DNA of 64,000 nt from an uncultured Gammaproteobacteria bacterium (lineage in GTDB: Bacteria; Pseudomonadota; Gammaproteobacteria; Steroidobacterales; Rariloculaceae): assembly GCA_963702105.1 (NCBI GenBank), contig OY969712.1, positions 4,232,388 through 4,296,387 of the forward strand, read 5' to 3'. This document shows positions 25,712 to 33,928 of this stretch, one piece after another. Every line of letters begins with the position of its first letter. The stretch's first letter is position 1. Below the pieces are notes generated by a model. That model was given only the letters and a program-made list of their open reading frames with translations, did no database searches and was not told the DNA's origin. A program made the position numbers and the translations under genes.

Positions 25712-26566
25712 TCAAGCGTCGGCCAGGCCGAGGAACCGGCGCACGCGCGCCGCGATCTCGTCCTGCGCGCCCTCGAGGTGAAGATGATGACGGCCCGGCA
25801 AGCGCACGGTTTCGATTTCGCGGAACCAGGTCAGGGCCTCGCGGTAGAGGGGCAGTTCCGCGAACGGACTGTGCTCGGCCAGGATCATGAGGACGGGCGC
25901 CGAGATCCGTTGCACGAAGGCCATGATCTGCTCCGCCGTCGCACGCTCCGACCTCGCCTTGAGGCGCTGATCGACGTGCCAGCGGAAGCCGCCCTCCGCC
26001 TCGACGAGCGAGCGCCGAGCGAGAATCTCAGCAGCCTCCGTCGTCACGGGCGTGAAGCCGTTGGCGCGTTCGGCGATGGCCGTCGCGCGCGTCGCGAACA
26101 GGCGGCCCTGGCGGCCGGCCAGCGCGCGCCGTTCGCCGATCGCGCGCGCGAGCGCTTCCGGCGCGTCGGCGGGCGCGTCGACGAGCGGAATGCCGCCCTC
26201 GATGAGCACGAGCCGGCCGACACGCTCGGGGAAGGCTCCGGCCAACATGGTCGCGACGGCGGCTCCGCGCGAATGGGCCACGACGCTGAACGAGGACCAT
26301 TCGAGCGCATCGGCGACGTCGAGCAGGTCGGCCACGTCCTGCCCGAGCGAGTAGCCTGCGTCGGGCGAGCGAAAGCCGCTGCGCCCATGTCCCGCGGCGT
26401 CCACGGCGACGACGCGGCAGCCCGTCAAGAGCGGCGCGAGCAGGTCGAAGCTGCCGGCGTTGTCGAGCCAGCCGTGGGCCGCGAGCACGGGCAGACCGTC
26501 CACGGGGCCCCACTCCTGGGCGGCCAGCGAGAGTCCTGGCAAATCGAAACGTCTTTCGGTGGGCAT
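25712..26566 (-). CDS. alpha/beta-fold hydrolase
   Basis: HGWLDNAGSF, nucleophile elbow VAHSRGA, C-terminal ...GRHHLHLE. Confidence 0.8.
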   Translation of the reverse strand: MPTERRFDLPGLSLAAQEWGPVDGLPVLAAHGWLDNAGSFDLLAPLLTGCRVVAVDAAGHGRSGFRSPDAGYSLGQDVADLLDVADALEWSSFSVVAHSRGAAVATMLAGAFPERVGRLVLIEGGIPLVDAPADAPEALARAIGERRALAGRQGRLFATRATAIAERANGFTPVTTEAAEILARRSLVEAEGGFRWHVDQRLKARSERATAEQIMAFVQRISAPVLMILAEHSPFAELPLYREALTWFREIETVRLPGRHHLHLEGAQDEIAARVRRFLGLADA

Positions 26567-26616
26567 GACTCGGCGCCGGCGTCGTCGGGGAACGGCAATG
26601 GTAGCGGGTCGGCCCC

Positions 26617-26642
26617 AAAAAGGGGGCAGAGCCCTTTTTTTT
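26617..26642. terminator. A-tract/hairpin/T-tract element (bidirectional intrinsic-terminator-like), copy 1
   Basis: AAAAAGGGGGCAGAGCCCTTTTTTTT. Confidence 0.5.
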
Positions 26643-26684
26643 GAGCGGCCGCGACGGCGACGGATCGAGCGCTCGCCGCGCGCG

Positions 26685-26708
26685 AAAAAAGGGCTCTGAC
26701 CCCTTTTT
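26685..26708. terminator. A-tract/hairpin/T-tract element, copy 2 (inverted copy of 26617-26642), overlapping the stop of the MFP gene
   Basis: AAAAAAGGGCTCTGACCCCTTTTT. Its reverse complement differs from copy 1 by about one base. Confidence 0.5.
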
Positions 26709-28312
26709 CAGCGCCGGTTCGCGCCGAACGGGCTCGAGGAGAAGCGCCGAGAAATGAACTGCTGCAGCTGCGCCTGCTGCTCCCAAAGGCTCGAGCTCGG
26801 CAGGAGCAGCACGCGGTCCTCGGGCCCGAGGCCCGAGACGACCTCGCTGTATTCGAGGTCGGTCAAGCCCGTGTGCACGCGGGTCGGCGCGGGCTTGTTA
26901 TCGCGCAGCGCGATGACCCAGTAGTCGCCGCCGAATTGATACTCCGAGACGGAGGCCTCGCTGCTGCGGCCCCGCGAATCACCCTCGCCGCCGGTCGCAC
27001 CCGGCGGGCGGAACCCGCCCCCGCCCGGGGGCCCGCCGCCGGGAAAGCCGCCGCCCGGACCCCCGCCGCCGGAAGATCCGCCCGGCCGGCCGCCGCCGCC
27101 CTGCCCCCCGAACGCCTGGCTCATGACGCGCCGCATGAGCTGGCGGTCCTCGTCCGAGATCTGGCCGCCGGACCGCGCCTTCGCCATGAGCTCCTTGACG
27201 TGGTCGCCGTCGACGCCGGGCGGCAGCTGGACCGTGCGGCCCCGGATCGTGATCGTCGCGCCGCCGGACTGGTCGCCCTTGCCGTCCGCGGAGGCCATGC
27301 GGACGCTCTTCGGGCCGCCATCGAGGGCCGCCCGCAGCGCGGCCTCGGGCATGCCGAGCATGGCCGCCGTGTCGGGAATGTCGCTCATGGCGCGCAGCGC
27401 GGCCGTCGGCACGGCGAGCACGTTGTCGCGCTTGGCGATCTGGATGCTGACCTCGCAGTTCATGCCGGGCTTCAGCAGCCCCTGGTGATTGTCGAGCCGG
27501 ATCAGCACGGGAAACATCGTGACGTTCTGGTCGACGGTCGCCTGGGGCTCGATCTTGAGCACCTCGCCCTTGAACGGCTGATTCGGATAGGCCGCGACCG
27601 TGACCTTGGTCTCCATGCCGGCGCGGATCTTACCGATATCCGTTTCGTCCACGAGCGTGCGGACCTGCACCGTATTGAGATCCGCCATCTTGAGCAGCAC
27701 GGTGCCGCCGCCCACGTCCAGCGTCGGCGAGGAGATGACGGCGCCGGGCTGGGCCGTCCGCTCGATGATCGTGCCCGTGCTCGGCGCCCGGACCTCGGTG
27801 TCGCCCAACGAAATGCGCGAGTTCTCGAGGTCCACCTGCGCGCTCACGACCTTGGCCTTCGCATTGGCCAGGTTGAGCTGCGCCTGCTCGAGGTCGGACT
27901 GGGTCAGGGTGCCGGACTTGAACAGCGTCTGGGTCCGCTTCATGGCCGTTTCGGCGATCTGTTCCGTCGCCTTGGCAGCCTCGAGCGCGGCCTGGGCCTC
28001 GTCCACCTTGTTGTGCGCGGTCCGCTTGTCGATCTCGACGAGCAACGTGCCGGCCTTGACGACATCGCCCGTCTCGGCGTGCACGGCCAGGATCTCGCCC
28101 GAGGCCTTCGATTTGACCTCGACCGTCGTCACGGGCTCGATGACGCCCGCCGCGTCTACGCTGACCTCGATATTGCGCTTCTCTACGGGCGCGGAGTCGT
28201 AGACGGGAACCACCGACTTCTGCTTCGGCGACCCGCAGCCGGCGAGCATCAGCACCGCGGCGACCGCTAGCGACCGGCGCGCGAAGCGCTCCAGAACAGC
28301 TTCCGAGATCAT
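26708..28312 (-). CDS. efflux-transporter periplasmic adaptor (HlyD/MacA-type membrane-fusion lipoprotein) with a Gly-rich insertion
   Basis: Lipobox LMLAGC. Coiled-coil hairpin region (EAQAALEAAKA...LEQAQLNLANAKAKVVSAQVDLENSR). Beta-barrel segments. Low-complexity GGQGGGGRPGGSSGGGGPGGGFPGGGPPGGGGF. Confidence 0.85.
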   Translation of the reverse strand: MISEAVLERFARRSLAVAAVLMLAGCGSPKQKSVVPVYDSAPVEKRNIEVSVDAAGVIEPVTTVEVKSKASGEILAVHAETGDVVKAGTLLVEIDKRTAHNKVDEAQAALEAAKATEQIAETAMKRTQTLFKSGTLTQSDLEQAQLNLANAKAKVVSAQVDLENSRISLGDTEVRAPSTGTIIERTAQPGAVISSPTLDVGGGTVLLKMADLNTVQVRTLVDETDIGKIRAGMETKVTVAAYPNQPFKGEVLKIEPQATVDQNVTMFPVLIRLDNHQGLLKPGMNCEVSIQIAKRDNVLAVPTAALRAMSDIPDTAAMLGMPEAALRAALDGGPKSVRMASADGKGDQSGGATITIRGRTVQLPPGVDGDHVKELMAKARSGGQISDEDRQLMRRVMSQAFGGQGGGGRPGGSSGGGGPGGGFPGGGPPGGGGFRPPGATGGEGDSRGRSSEASVSEYQFGGDYWVIALRDNKPAPTRVHTGLTDLEYSEVVSGLGPEDRVLLLPSSSLWEQQAQLQQFISRRFSSSPFGANRR

Positions 28313-29053
28313 CTAGTGCCTCACCTTCTGCTGATTTGCGTAATCCTGTGCGATCTCGCCGTCGCGAAGAACGATGATGCGATCCGCATGATTCGCAATG
28401 TCGGATTCGTGCGTCACGAGGACGATGGTGTTGCCGGCCGAATGCAGGTCGTCGAACAAGGACATGATCTCCGTGCTCGTCGCCGAGTCGAGATTGCCCG
28501 TCGGCTCATCCGCGAGCAGGATGCTCGGATCCGTGACGAGCGCACGCGCTATCGCGACGCGCTGCCGCTGGCCGCCGCTCATCTCGCTCGGCCGGTGCCC
28601 GAGGCGCTCGCCGAGACCGACGAGCTCGAGGGCCTTGCGCGCGCGCTGCGCGCGGTCCTTGCGACCGACGCCTGCGTAGATCAGCGGCAGCTCGACGTTG
28701 TGCAGCGCGTTCGCGCGCGGCAACAGATTGAACGTCTGGAACACGAAGCCCACGTCCTTGTTGCGCACGCGGGCGAGCTCGCGATCTCCCATATCCGAAA
28801 CGAGCTTACCGTTGAGCCAGTATTCGCCGTCGTCCGGAGTATCGAGACACCCGATCAGGTTCATGAGCGTGGACTTTCCAGAGCCCGACGGCCCCATGAT
28901 GGCCACGTACTCGCCGCGCTCGATCGTGACGTCCACGCCGCGCAGCGCATGGATCAGCTCGCCGCCCATGTGGTAGCGGCGCTGGAGATTGTGCGTCTGA
29001 ATAATAGCCGCCGGTTTCGGCGCTTCCATTATTTCCGCTGCTCGCTGCTCCAC
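28313..29053 (-). CDS. ABC transporter ATP-binding protein (MacB/LolD-type ATPase only)
   Basis: Walker [10 protein letters not shown], signature MSGGQRQRV, Walker B ILLADEPT. Its stop TAG directly abuts the ATG of the adaptor gene. Confidence 0.9.
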   Translation of the reverse strand: MEQRAAEIMEAPKPAAIIQTHNLQRRYHMGGELIHALRGVDVTIERGEYVAIMGPSGSGKSTLMNLIGCLDTPDDGEYWLNGKLVSDMGDRELARVRNKDVGFVFQTFNLLPRANALHNVELPLIYAGVGRKDRAQRARKALELVGLGERLGHRPSEMSGGQRQRVAIARALVTDPSILLADEPTGNLDSATSTEIMSLFDDLHSAGNTIVLVTHESDIANHADRIIVLRDGEIAQDYANQQKVRH

Positions 29054-29226
29054 GGCATGTCCTCGCGAAGACTCGCATTATTGCATTCGCTTCGGCGTGC
29101 GCATGCTACCGCGGCTTCGATTTGCGCGGAGTAAAGGATTCTTAAGTCCTTGAAGCGGATGAGGTCTCGGGAGCGGACGAGGCCTCCGGCCGAACCACGT
29201 CTCGGGGCGGACGCGGCGCGCGGCGC

Positions 29227-29892
29227 TCAGCGGCCCAAATGGGAGCGCAGGAACGCCAGGGAGCGCTCGAAGGCGGCGTCGGCGTCGCGCGGACTGAAGC
29301 TCGCGCGGTCCTCGCAGTTGAACCCGTGGCCGGCGCCGGCATAGACGTGAACGATGCCGTCGGGATTGGCCTCGCGGATCTTTTCGATGTCGGCCGCGGG
29401 GATGGACTGATCCTGGTCCCCGAAGTGGTACATGACCGGGCAACGAGGGTGCTTGTCCAGCATGCGCGCGATGCCGCTGCCGTAGTAGGCCACGCCGGCC
29501 GAGACGGGCACCTCGGCCGCGGCGACGTGCACGACCGTGCCGCCCCAGCAGTAGCCGACGAGCCCCACGTCCAGCGAATCGTCCATCGCGTCCACGGCGG
29601 CGCGCACGTCGGCCAGCGCGGCCGGCCACTCGAGCTTGCGCATGGTTTCGAGGCCGGCCTGAAAATCCGAGTAATCGAGCACGACTCCGCGCTCCACCCG
29701 GTCGAACATCGCGGGCGCGATCGTCTCGAAACCCGCTGCCGCGAACCGGTCCACGACACGCTTGATGTGCGGCGTGAGGCCGAATATCTCCTGGATCACG
29801 ACGAGGCCGCCCCGCGGCTCTCTGAGCGGCTTCGCCGTATACGCGTCAAACTCGTGCCCGTCTTCGGCTCGAAGCCGAATCATCTCTCCCAT
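29227..29892 (-). CDS. dienelactone hydrolase-family protein
   Basis: GLVVIQEIFG...VGYCWGG (nucleophile Cys motif)...GAGHGF. Confidence 0.85.
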   Translation of the reverse strand: MGEMIRLRAEDGHEFDAYTAKPLREPRGGLVVIQEIFGLTPHIKRVVDRFAAAGFETIAPAMFDRVERGVVLDYSDFQAGLETMRKLEWPAALADVRAAVDAMDDSLDVGLVGYCWGGTVVHVAAAEVPVSAGVAYYGSGIARMLDKHPRCPVMYHFGDQDQSIPAADIEKIREANPDGIVHVYAGAGHGFNCEDRASFSPRDADAAFERSLAFLRSHLGR

Positions 29893-29912
29893 TCGATCGA
29901 CCTTTGGTGTTC

Positions 29913-32900
29913 CTAAAGCTTCGATTGGCTGAGCTGCCGATAGTATTCGGCGACCGCGTCCTCGTAACCCTTCTCGATCTTGACGGGAGGTTCGGTCCTG
30001 ACGGCGTCCGATTCGTCGCTGCCGCCCGCCGATTTGTCGAGCTTCAGCTCGAGCTGATCGACCTCGTTCGCGAGCGTCTGAAAGTCCTGCGCAATGGCGT
30101 CCGGGTTCCCGGTACCCGCGAGTGCGGCTCTGAGCTTCTCGCCAAGAGCCTGCACGGCACGCAGCTCCTCGTCGCTGAGCCCCTGCGCGCGCAGCTTCGA
30201 GCCGAGATTCAGCAGATCGTTGCCAGCCGTCTGCAGCCGATCCCGGGCCTGCGCGATCGTCTGGGGATCCCAGCGGAACGACGGGTCGTAGGGGCCCCAG
30301 ACACGGTCCGTGTTCGGGTTGTAGTAGCCGCCGCCGCCGTTGTTGTAGCCGCCGCCGGCATAGTTGCCGCCCGCGGCCCCGCCGCCCCCGCGCTGACCCG
30401 AGGCCTGCTGCCCGCCCTGCTGACCGCCGGCCTGCTGAGCCTGCTGACCCTGCTGACCGGGCTGGCCGTTGGCCGCCTGGAGATTCTGCTGGCTCTGCTG
30501 GTTCTGCTGGCCGGGCTGCGTGCCGGGCTGCTGGGGGTTGCCCGGCTGCAGCGCGCTGCCCGGCTGCCCGTTCGCGGCCTGCTGCCGGTTCTGCCCTGCG
30601 CCGGGCGCGCCGTTCGGGCGCGCCTGACCGCCCGCGCCGCGGTTCTTGAGGTCGTTCATCTCGCGGCGCAGCGCCTGCAGCTGCGCGACGAGCTGCTGGT
30701 TCGGGTCGGCCGTCGGCCGGTCGCCCTTCTCGGCCTCGCTGCTCGCGAGCGCGAGCGCGTCCTTCGTATCCTGCTCGAGGTCCCTGAGCGCCTGGGTCGT
30801 GACCGCGTCGGTCGCGGCGACTTCGGTCGCGTACCCTTCGCGGATGCCCTCCGCCGCGGTCGTGAGCCGTGCTTCGGCCTGCGACTGCTGGAGCTTCGTC
30901 AGCGACTTATCGAGCTGCTTCGCCGCGCCCGGGGTCTGACCACGGAACTGCTGCGAGACCTGCTCGATGTCCTTCTCGAGCGCCTGCAGATCCTTGCCGA
31001 GCGCGTCCTTGCGGTCGCCGAACTCGGCCGACTGGCGATCGTCGAGATCGCTGCGGAAGCGGTCGCCGCCGCTCGATTTCCGCAGCGCGGCCTGCAGCTG
31101 CTCGGCCAACTGCCGTTGACGTGCGTAAAGCTCGCTCGAGCGGTCCGCGAGGTCCGAGAACGCCTTCGAGGCGTCGGCCTGGCGTTGGGCCGTCATCTGC
31201 TGGAGCGCCTGCTGGAGCTGCCGGCGGGCCTGCTCGATCGCGCGCCGCGCCTGCTCGGGGTCCACGTTCTGACCCGCGGCGCTCGCGCGGTCCATGGCCT
31301 GCAGCGCGGCGTCGAGCTGCTGTATGGCCTGCTGCGTGGCAGAGTTGCCGGCCGCCTGACCGCCGGCCTGCGCCTGCTGCTGGCCCGGCTGCCCCGGCTG
31401 TCCGGTCTGCCCGGGCTGTCCCGACTGCTGCTGAGACTGGCCCTGCTGACCCTGCTGGCCCTGCTGACCCTGCTGGCCCTGCTGACCCTGCTGGCCCTGC
31501 TGACCCTGCTGACCCTGCTGACCCGGCTGATTCGCGGCCAACTGCTGCCGCTGGAGCTGCTCGAGCTGGCGCTTGAGCTCCTCGGTCTGCCGCCGCAGCG
31601 ACTCCTGCTGCCAACGGTCGCGCTCGGTCAGCTGCTGCCGGTTCGCCGCGAGCTGCGCAAGGCTCTCCTGCCGGCGCGCGAGCTCCTGAAGCTTGCGGAT
31701 CGCATCGTCTACGCCCTGCTGCTGCTGCTGCTCGAACGAGACCGGCTTCTCCGTTTCGTACTGGTTCTTCTCCAGGTCCATCTCGAGCTCGAAGAGCTCG
31801 CTGAGGTCCCGCCCCGCGAGGCCGCCGCCCCCGCCGCCGCCGTTACGCTGGAACGAGACCTGGATGTCCGTGAACAGCGATTCGGCGTGGATCAGGTGCT
31901 GGAGCGCTTCCTGCTCGGGCGTCACGGCGTCCGAAAGCTTCACGTCTCCGAGCCGCTCGGCCGCAGGCTTCATCGAGTCGGACGCCTGCTCGAGGCTCTT
32001 GACGAACTCGGCGATGCGCGGGTCCCGGTCCGTGAGCTCGCGGGCCTTCGTGCGCGAGGCGAGCGTCTGCGCCTCGTCCGAGAGCGTGCGCTGCATCTCG
32101 GACAGCATCTTCGAGTTGTCCTCGATCTGCTGTTTGTCGAGGAAGCTCGAGCCCTGGTCTTCGCGCTGGCGGATCAGGTTCCAGGTCGCGACGAGGATTT
32201 CCTTCTGCCGGCGCGAGATCTCATCCTGCCGCTGGCCGCCGCCGCCGCCCCCGCCGCCGGCTTGGCTCGACTGCGTGTAGGAACGGTCGAAGGGCTCGAC
32301 CTGAATGAAGTAAAGGTCGGTCTGGACCGTGTGGTCGCGATCCTTGGCGACGGCGTAATAAGAGATCAAGTCGCCCGGCTCGAGCTTACCGGCCGCGCGC
32401 GCAATCGCCGCCTGCGCGTCCCCAGCCGGCGCAGGGCCGCCGGCCTCCGGGGCCGACTCCCCGCTCGGGGCCTGCCGCTGCCGGAACAGATCGAGCGGCG
32501 AGGGCGCGGGCCCCGCGGGACCCGCGCCGCCGGCCGTCGTCGCGGCGCCCGTCACGGCCTTGCGCAGATCCTCGAGGTAGAGCGTCTTCTCGTCCTCCGC
32601 GTGCGTGCTCCCGGCATCCAGGGCCGCCGTGTGCCACTCGCCGCCGTTGATCGAGTAGTGCAGCTCGACCTGATTGAGGCCGAAATCGTCGCTGGCCTCG
32701 ACGTCGAGGGGCACTTCCTCGATTCGGCTCGCGCGGTAGTCGCGGCCGGGCTTGACGAGCTTGATGACGGGCTTGTTGTCCGGCACGACCGAGATGAAGT
32801 AGTCGTCGGTCAGCTTAACCTTGTCCTTGTCGAACAGCGTCGAGACGTAATACTGGCCTTCCTTGTCCACGTCGATCGTGGCTTTGCTCACGTTGCCGCT

Positions 32901-33917
32901 CGTCTGCATCTCGATGGGCTTGCCGTTCGCGACGAGCTGTGCGTGATCGAGCGGCTTGTCGGTCTGCACCTCGAGCTCGACCTGCGTGCCGGCGACGGCG
33001 CGGATGTCCCCGCCGGGGTCCTCCGTGTGCGTCTGCAGGTGGCTCCAGTCGGGATAGTGGTACGTGAGCTTGAGATCCTTGATGCGCGGCAGGTCCACGA
33101 CGTTGACGGCGTAGTTCGGGCTCTTGATGCTCGCGGCCGTGACGTAATAGCGCAGCGGCTCGCGCACCGCGTAGAACGTGAACCCGAACCCGTCGCCTTT
33201 GCGCGTCATATCGGCGCTCTGCCAGCCCTGGCCCGACTCGAACTGGGCGAAGACCTGCATCTTGACGGGCGCGAAGCCCTCCGCGTGCGCGTCGATGACG
33301 AGGTCCCCGCCGCGGCGCAGCGTCTGATCGCCGGGCTGAACCTGGATGTGCTGGGGAGGCAGCGTGTTATTGAGGAACCATCCGGCCCACAGATGGCGGA
33401 TGCCGTAGCGCCAGTTCGGCGGCCCGAAGGCGGCGAGCCCGATGAGCGCGCCGAGGCCGACGACGGCGAGTGCCCCGGGCACGGAGATCTGCCAGGACGG
33501 GACCTTGACGGCGGCCGGAATCCGGCGCGCGAACCGGAGCGCGTCCTCGGCCAGCAGGCCCAGGAACGGCGAGCGCCGCTCCGCGGGCGCTTGGGCGAGG
33601 CCGTCGTAAGTCTCGAGCCGGCCGTCGAAATCCGGTGCGCGCCGCTCGATGTCGGGAATGCCGCGGCTGCGCTTGAGCCGGCGCAGCGGCATTGCGACAA
33701 GCGCCGCGATGACGGCGCCGAGCGCGAGCGCGAGCAGCAGCCGCATCCCGAGCACGAAGCCCGGATCGAAGGCCCTGCGCATGCCGAAAAAGACCGCGAC
33801 CACCGTGATAACGAACGCCGCCGCCGCGGCAAGGGCCGTCCCGCGCGCGACGATGACCCCGGAAAGCCGTCCACGAAACTCGCTGAGATAGGCCTCGAGC
33901 TCTTTCTGTGCGGACAT
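29913..33917 (-). CDS. giant membrane protein of the MoxR/VWA cluster: 3 N-terminal TM segments, Ig-like beta-rich region, ~600-aa Q/G-rich coiled-coil/low-complexity region and a structured C-terminus
   Basis: AAGGAA RBS. TM segments ALAAAAAFVITVVAVFFG, LLLALALGAVIAALVAM and GALAVVGLGALIGLAAF. Beta-rich DLPRIKDLKLTYHYPDW...VELHYSINGGEWH. Coiled-coil heptads and a (QQG)n tract. The architecture recalls DUF4175/TIGR02302-type proteins (from memory, unverified). The equally long plus-strand ORF 29904..33932 is L/R/A-biased and was rejected. Confidence 0.75.
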   Translation of the reverse strand: MSAQKELEAYLSEFRGRLSGVIVARGTALAAAAAFVITVVAVFFGMRRAFDPGFVLGMRLLLALALGAVIAALVAMPLRRLKRSRGIPDIERRAPDFDGRLETYDGLAQAPAERRSPFLGLLAEDALRFARRIPAAVKVPSWQISVPGALAVVGLGALIGLAAFGPPNWRYGIRHLWAGWFLNNTLPPQHIQVQPGDQTLRRGGDLVIDAHAEGFAPVKMQVFAQFESGQGWQSADMTRKGDGFGFTFYAVREPLRYYVTAASIKSPNYAVNVVDLPRIKDLKLTYHYPDWSHLQTHTEDPGGDIRAVAGTQVELEVQTDKPLDHAQLVANGKPIEMQTSGNVSKATIDVDKEGQYYVSTLFDKDKVKLTDDYFISVVPDNKPVIKLVKPGRDYRASRIEEVPLDVEASDDFGLNQVELHYSINGGEWHTAALDAGSTHAEDEKTLYLEDLRKAVTGAATTAGGAGPAGPAPSPLDLFRQRQAPSGESAPEAGGPAPAGDAQAAIARAAGKLEPGDLISYYAVAKDRDHTVQTDLYFIQVEPFDRSYTQSSQAGGGGGGGGQRQDEISRRQKEILVATWNLIRQREDQGSSFLDKQQIEDNSKMLSEMQRTLSDEAQTLASRTKARELTDRDPRIAEFVKSLEQASDSMKPAAERLGDVKLSDAVTPEQEALQHLIHAESLFTDIQVSFQRNGGGGGGGLAGRDLSELFELEMDLEKNQYETEKPVSFEQQQQQGVDDAIRKLQELARRQESLAQLAANRQQLTERDRWQQESLRRQTEELKRQLEQLQRQQLAANQPGQQGQQGQQGQQGQQGQQGQQGQQGQQGQSQQQSGQPGQTGQPGQPGQQQAQAGGQAAGNSATQQAIQQLDAALQAMDRASAAGQNVDPEQARRAIEQARRQLQQALQQMTAQRQADASKAFSDLADRSSELYARQRQLAEQLQAALRKSSGGDRFRSDLDDRQSAEFGDRKDALGKDLQALEKDIEQVSQQFRGQTPGAAKQLDKSLTKLQQSQAEARLTTAAEGIREGYATEVAATDAVTTQALRDLEQDTKDALALASSEAEKGDRPTADPNQQLVAQLQALRREMNDLKNRGAGGQARPNGAPGAGQNRQQAANGQPGSALQPGNPQQPGTQPGQQNQQSQQNLQAANGQPGQQGQQAQQAGGQQGGQQASGQRGGGGAAGGNYAGGGYNNGGGGYYNPNTDRVWGPYDPSFRWDPQTIAQARDRLQTAGNDLLNLGSKLRAQGLSDEELRAVQALGEKLRAALAGTGNPDAIAQDFQTLANEVDQLELKLDKSAGGSDESDAVRTEPPVKIEKGYEDAVAEYYRQLSQSKL
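31441..31530. repeat. 9-bp tandem repeat (CCCTGCTGR) x ~9-10 encoding (QQG)n in the giant gene
   Basis: Read directly. The protein shows QQGQQGQQGQQGQQGQQGQQGQQGQ. Confidence 0.85.
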
Positions 33918-33928
33918 ATCGCTGTTCC

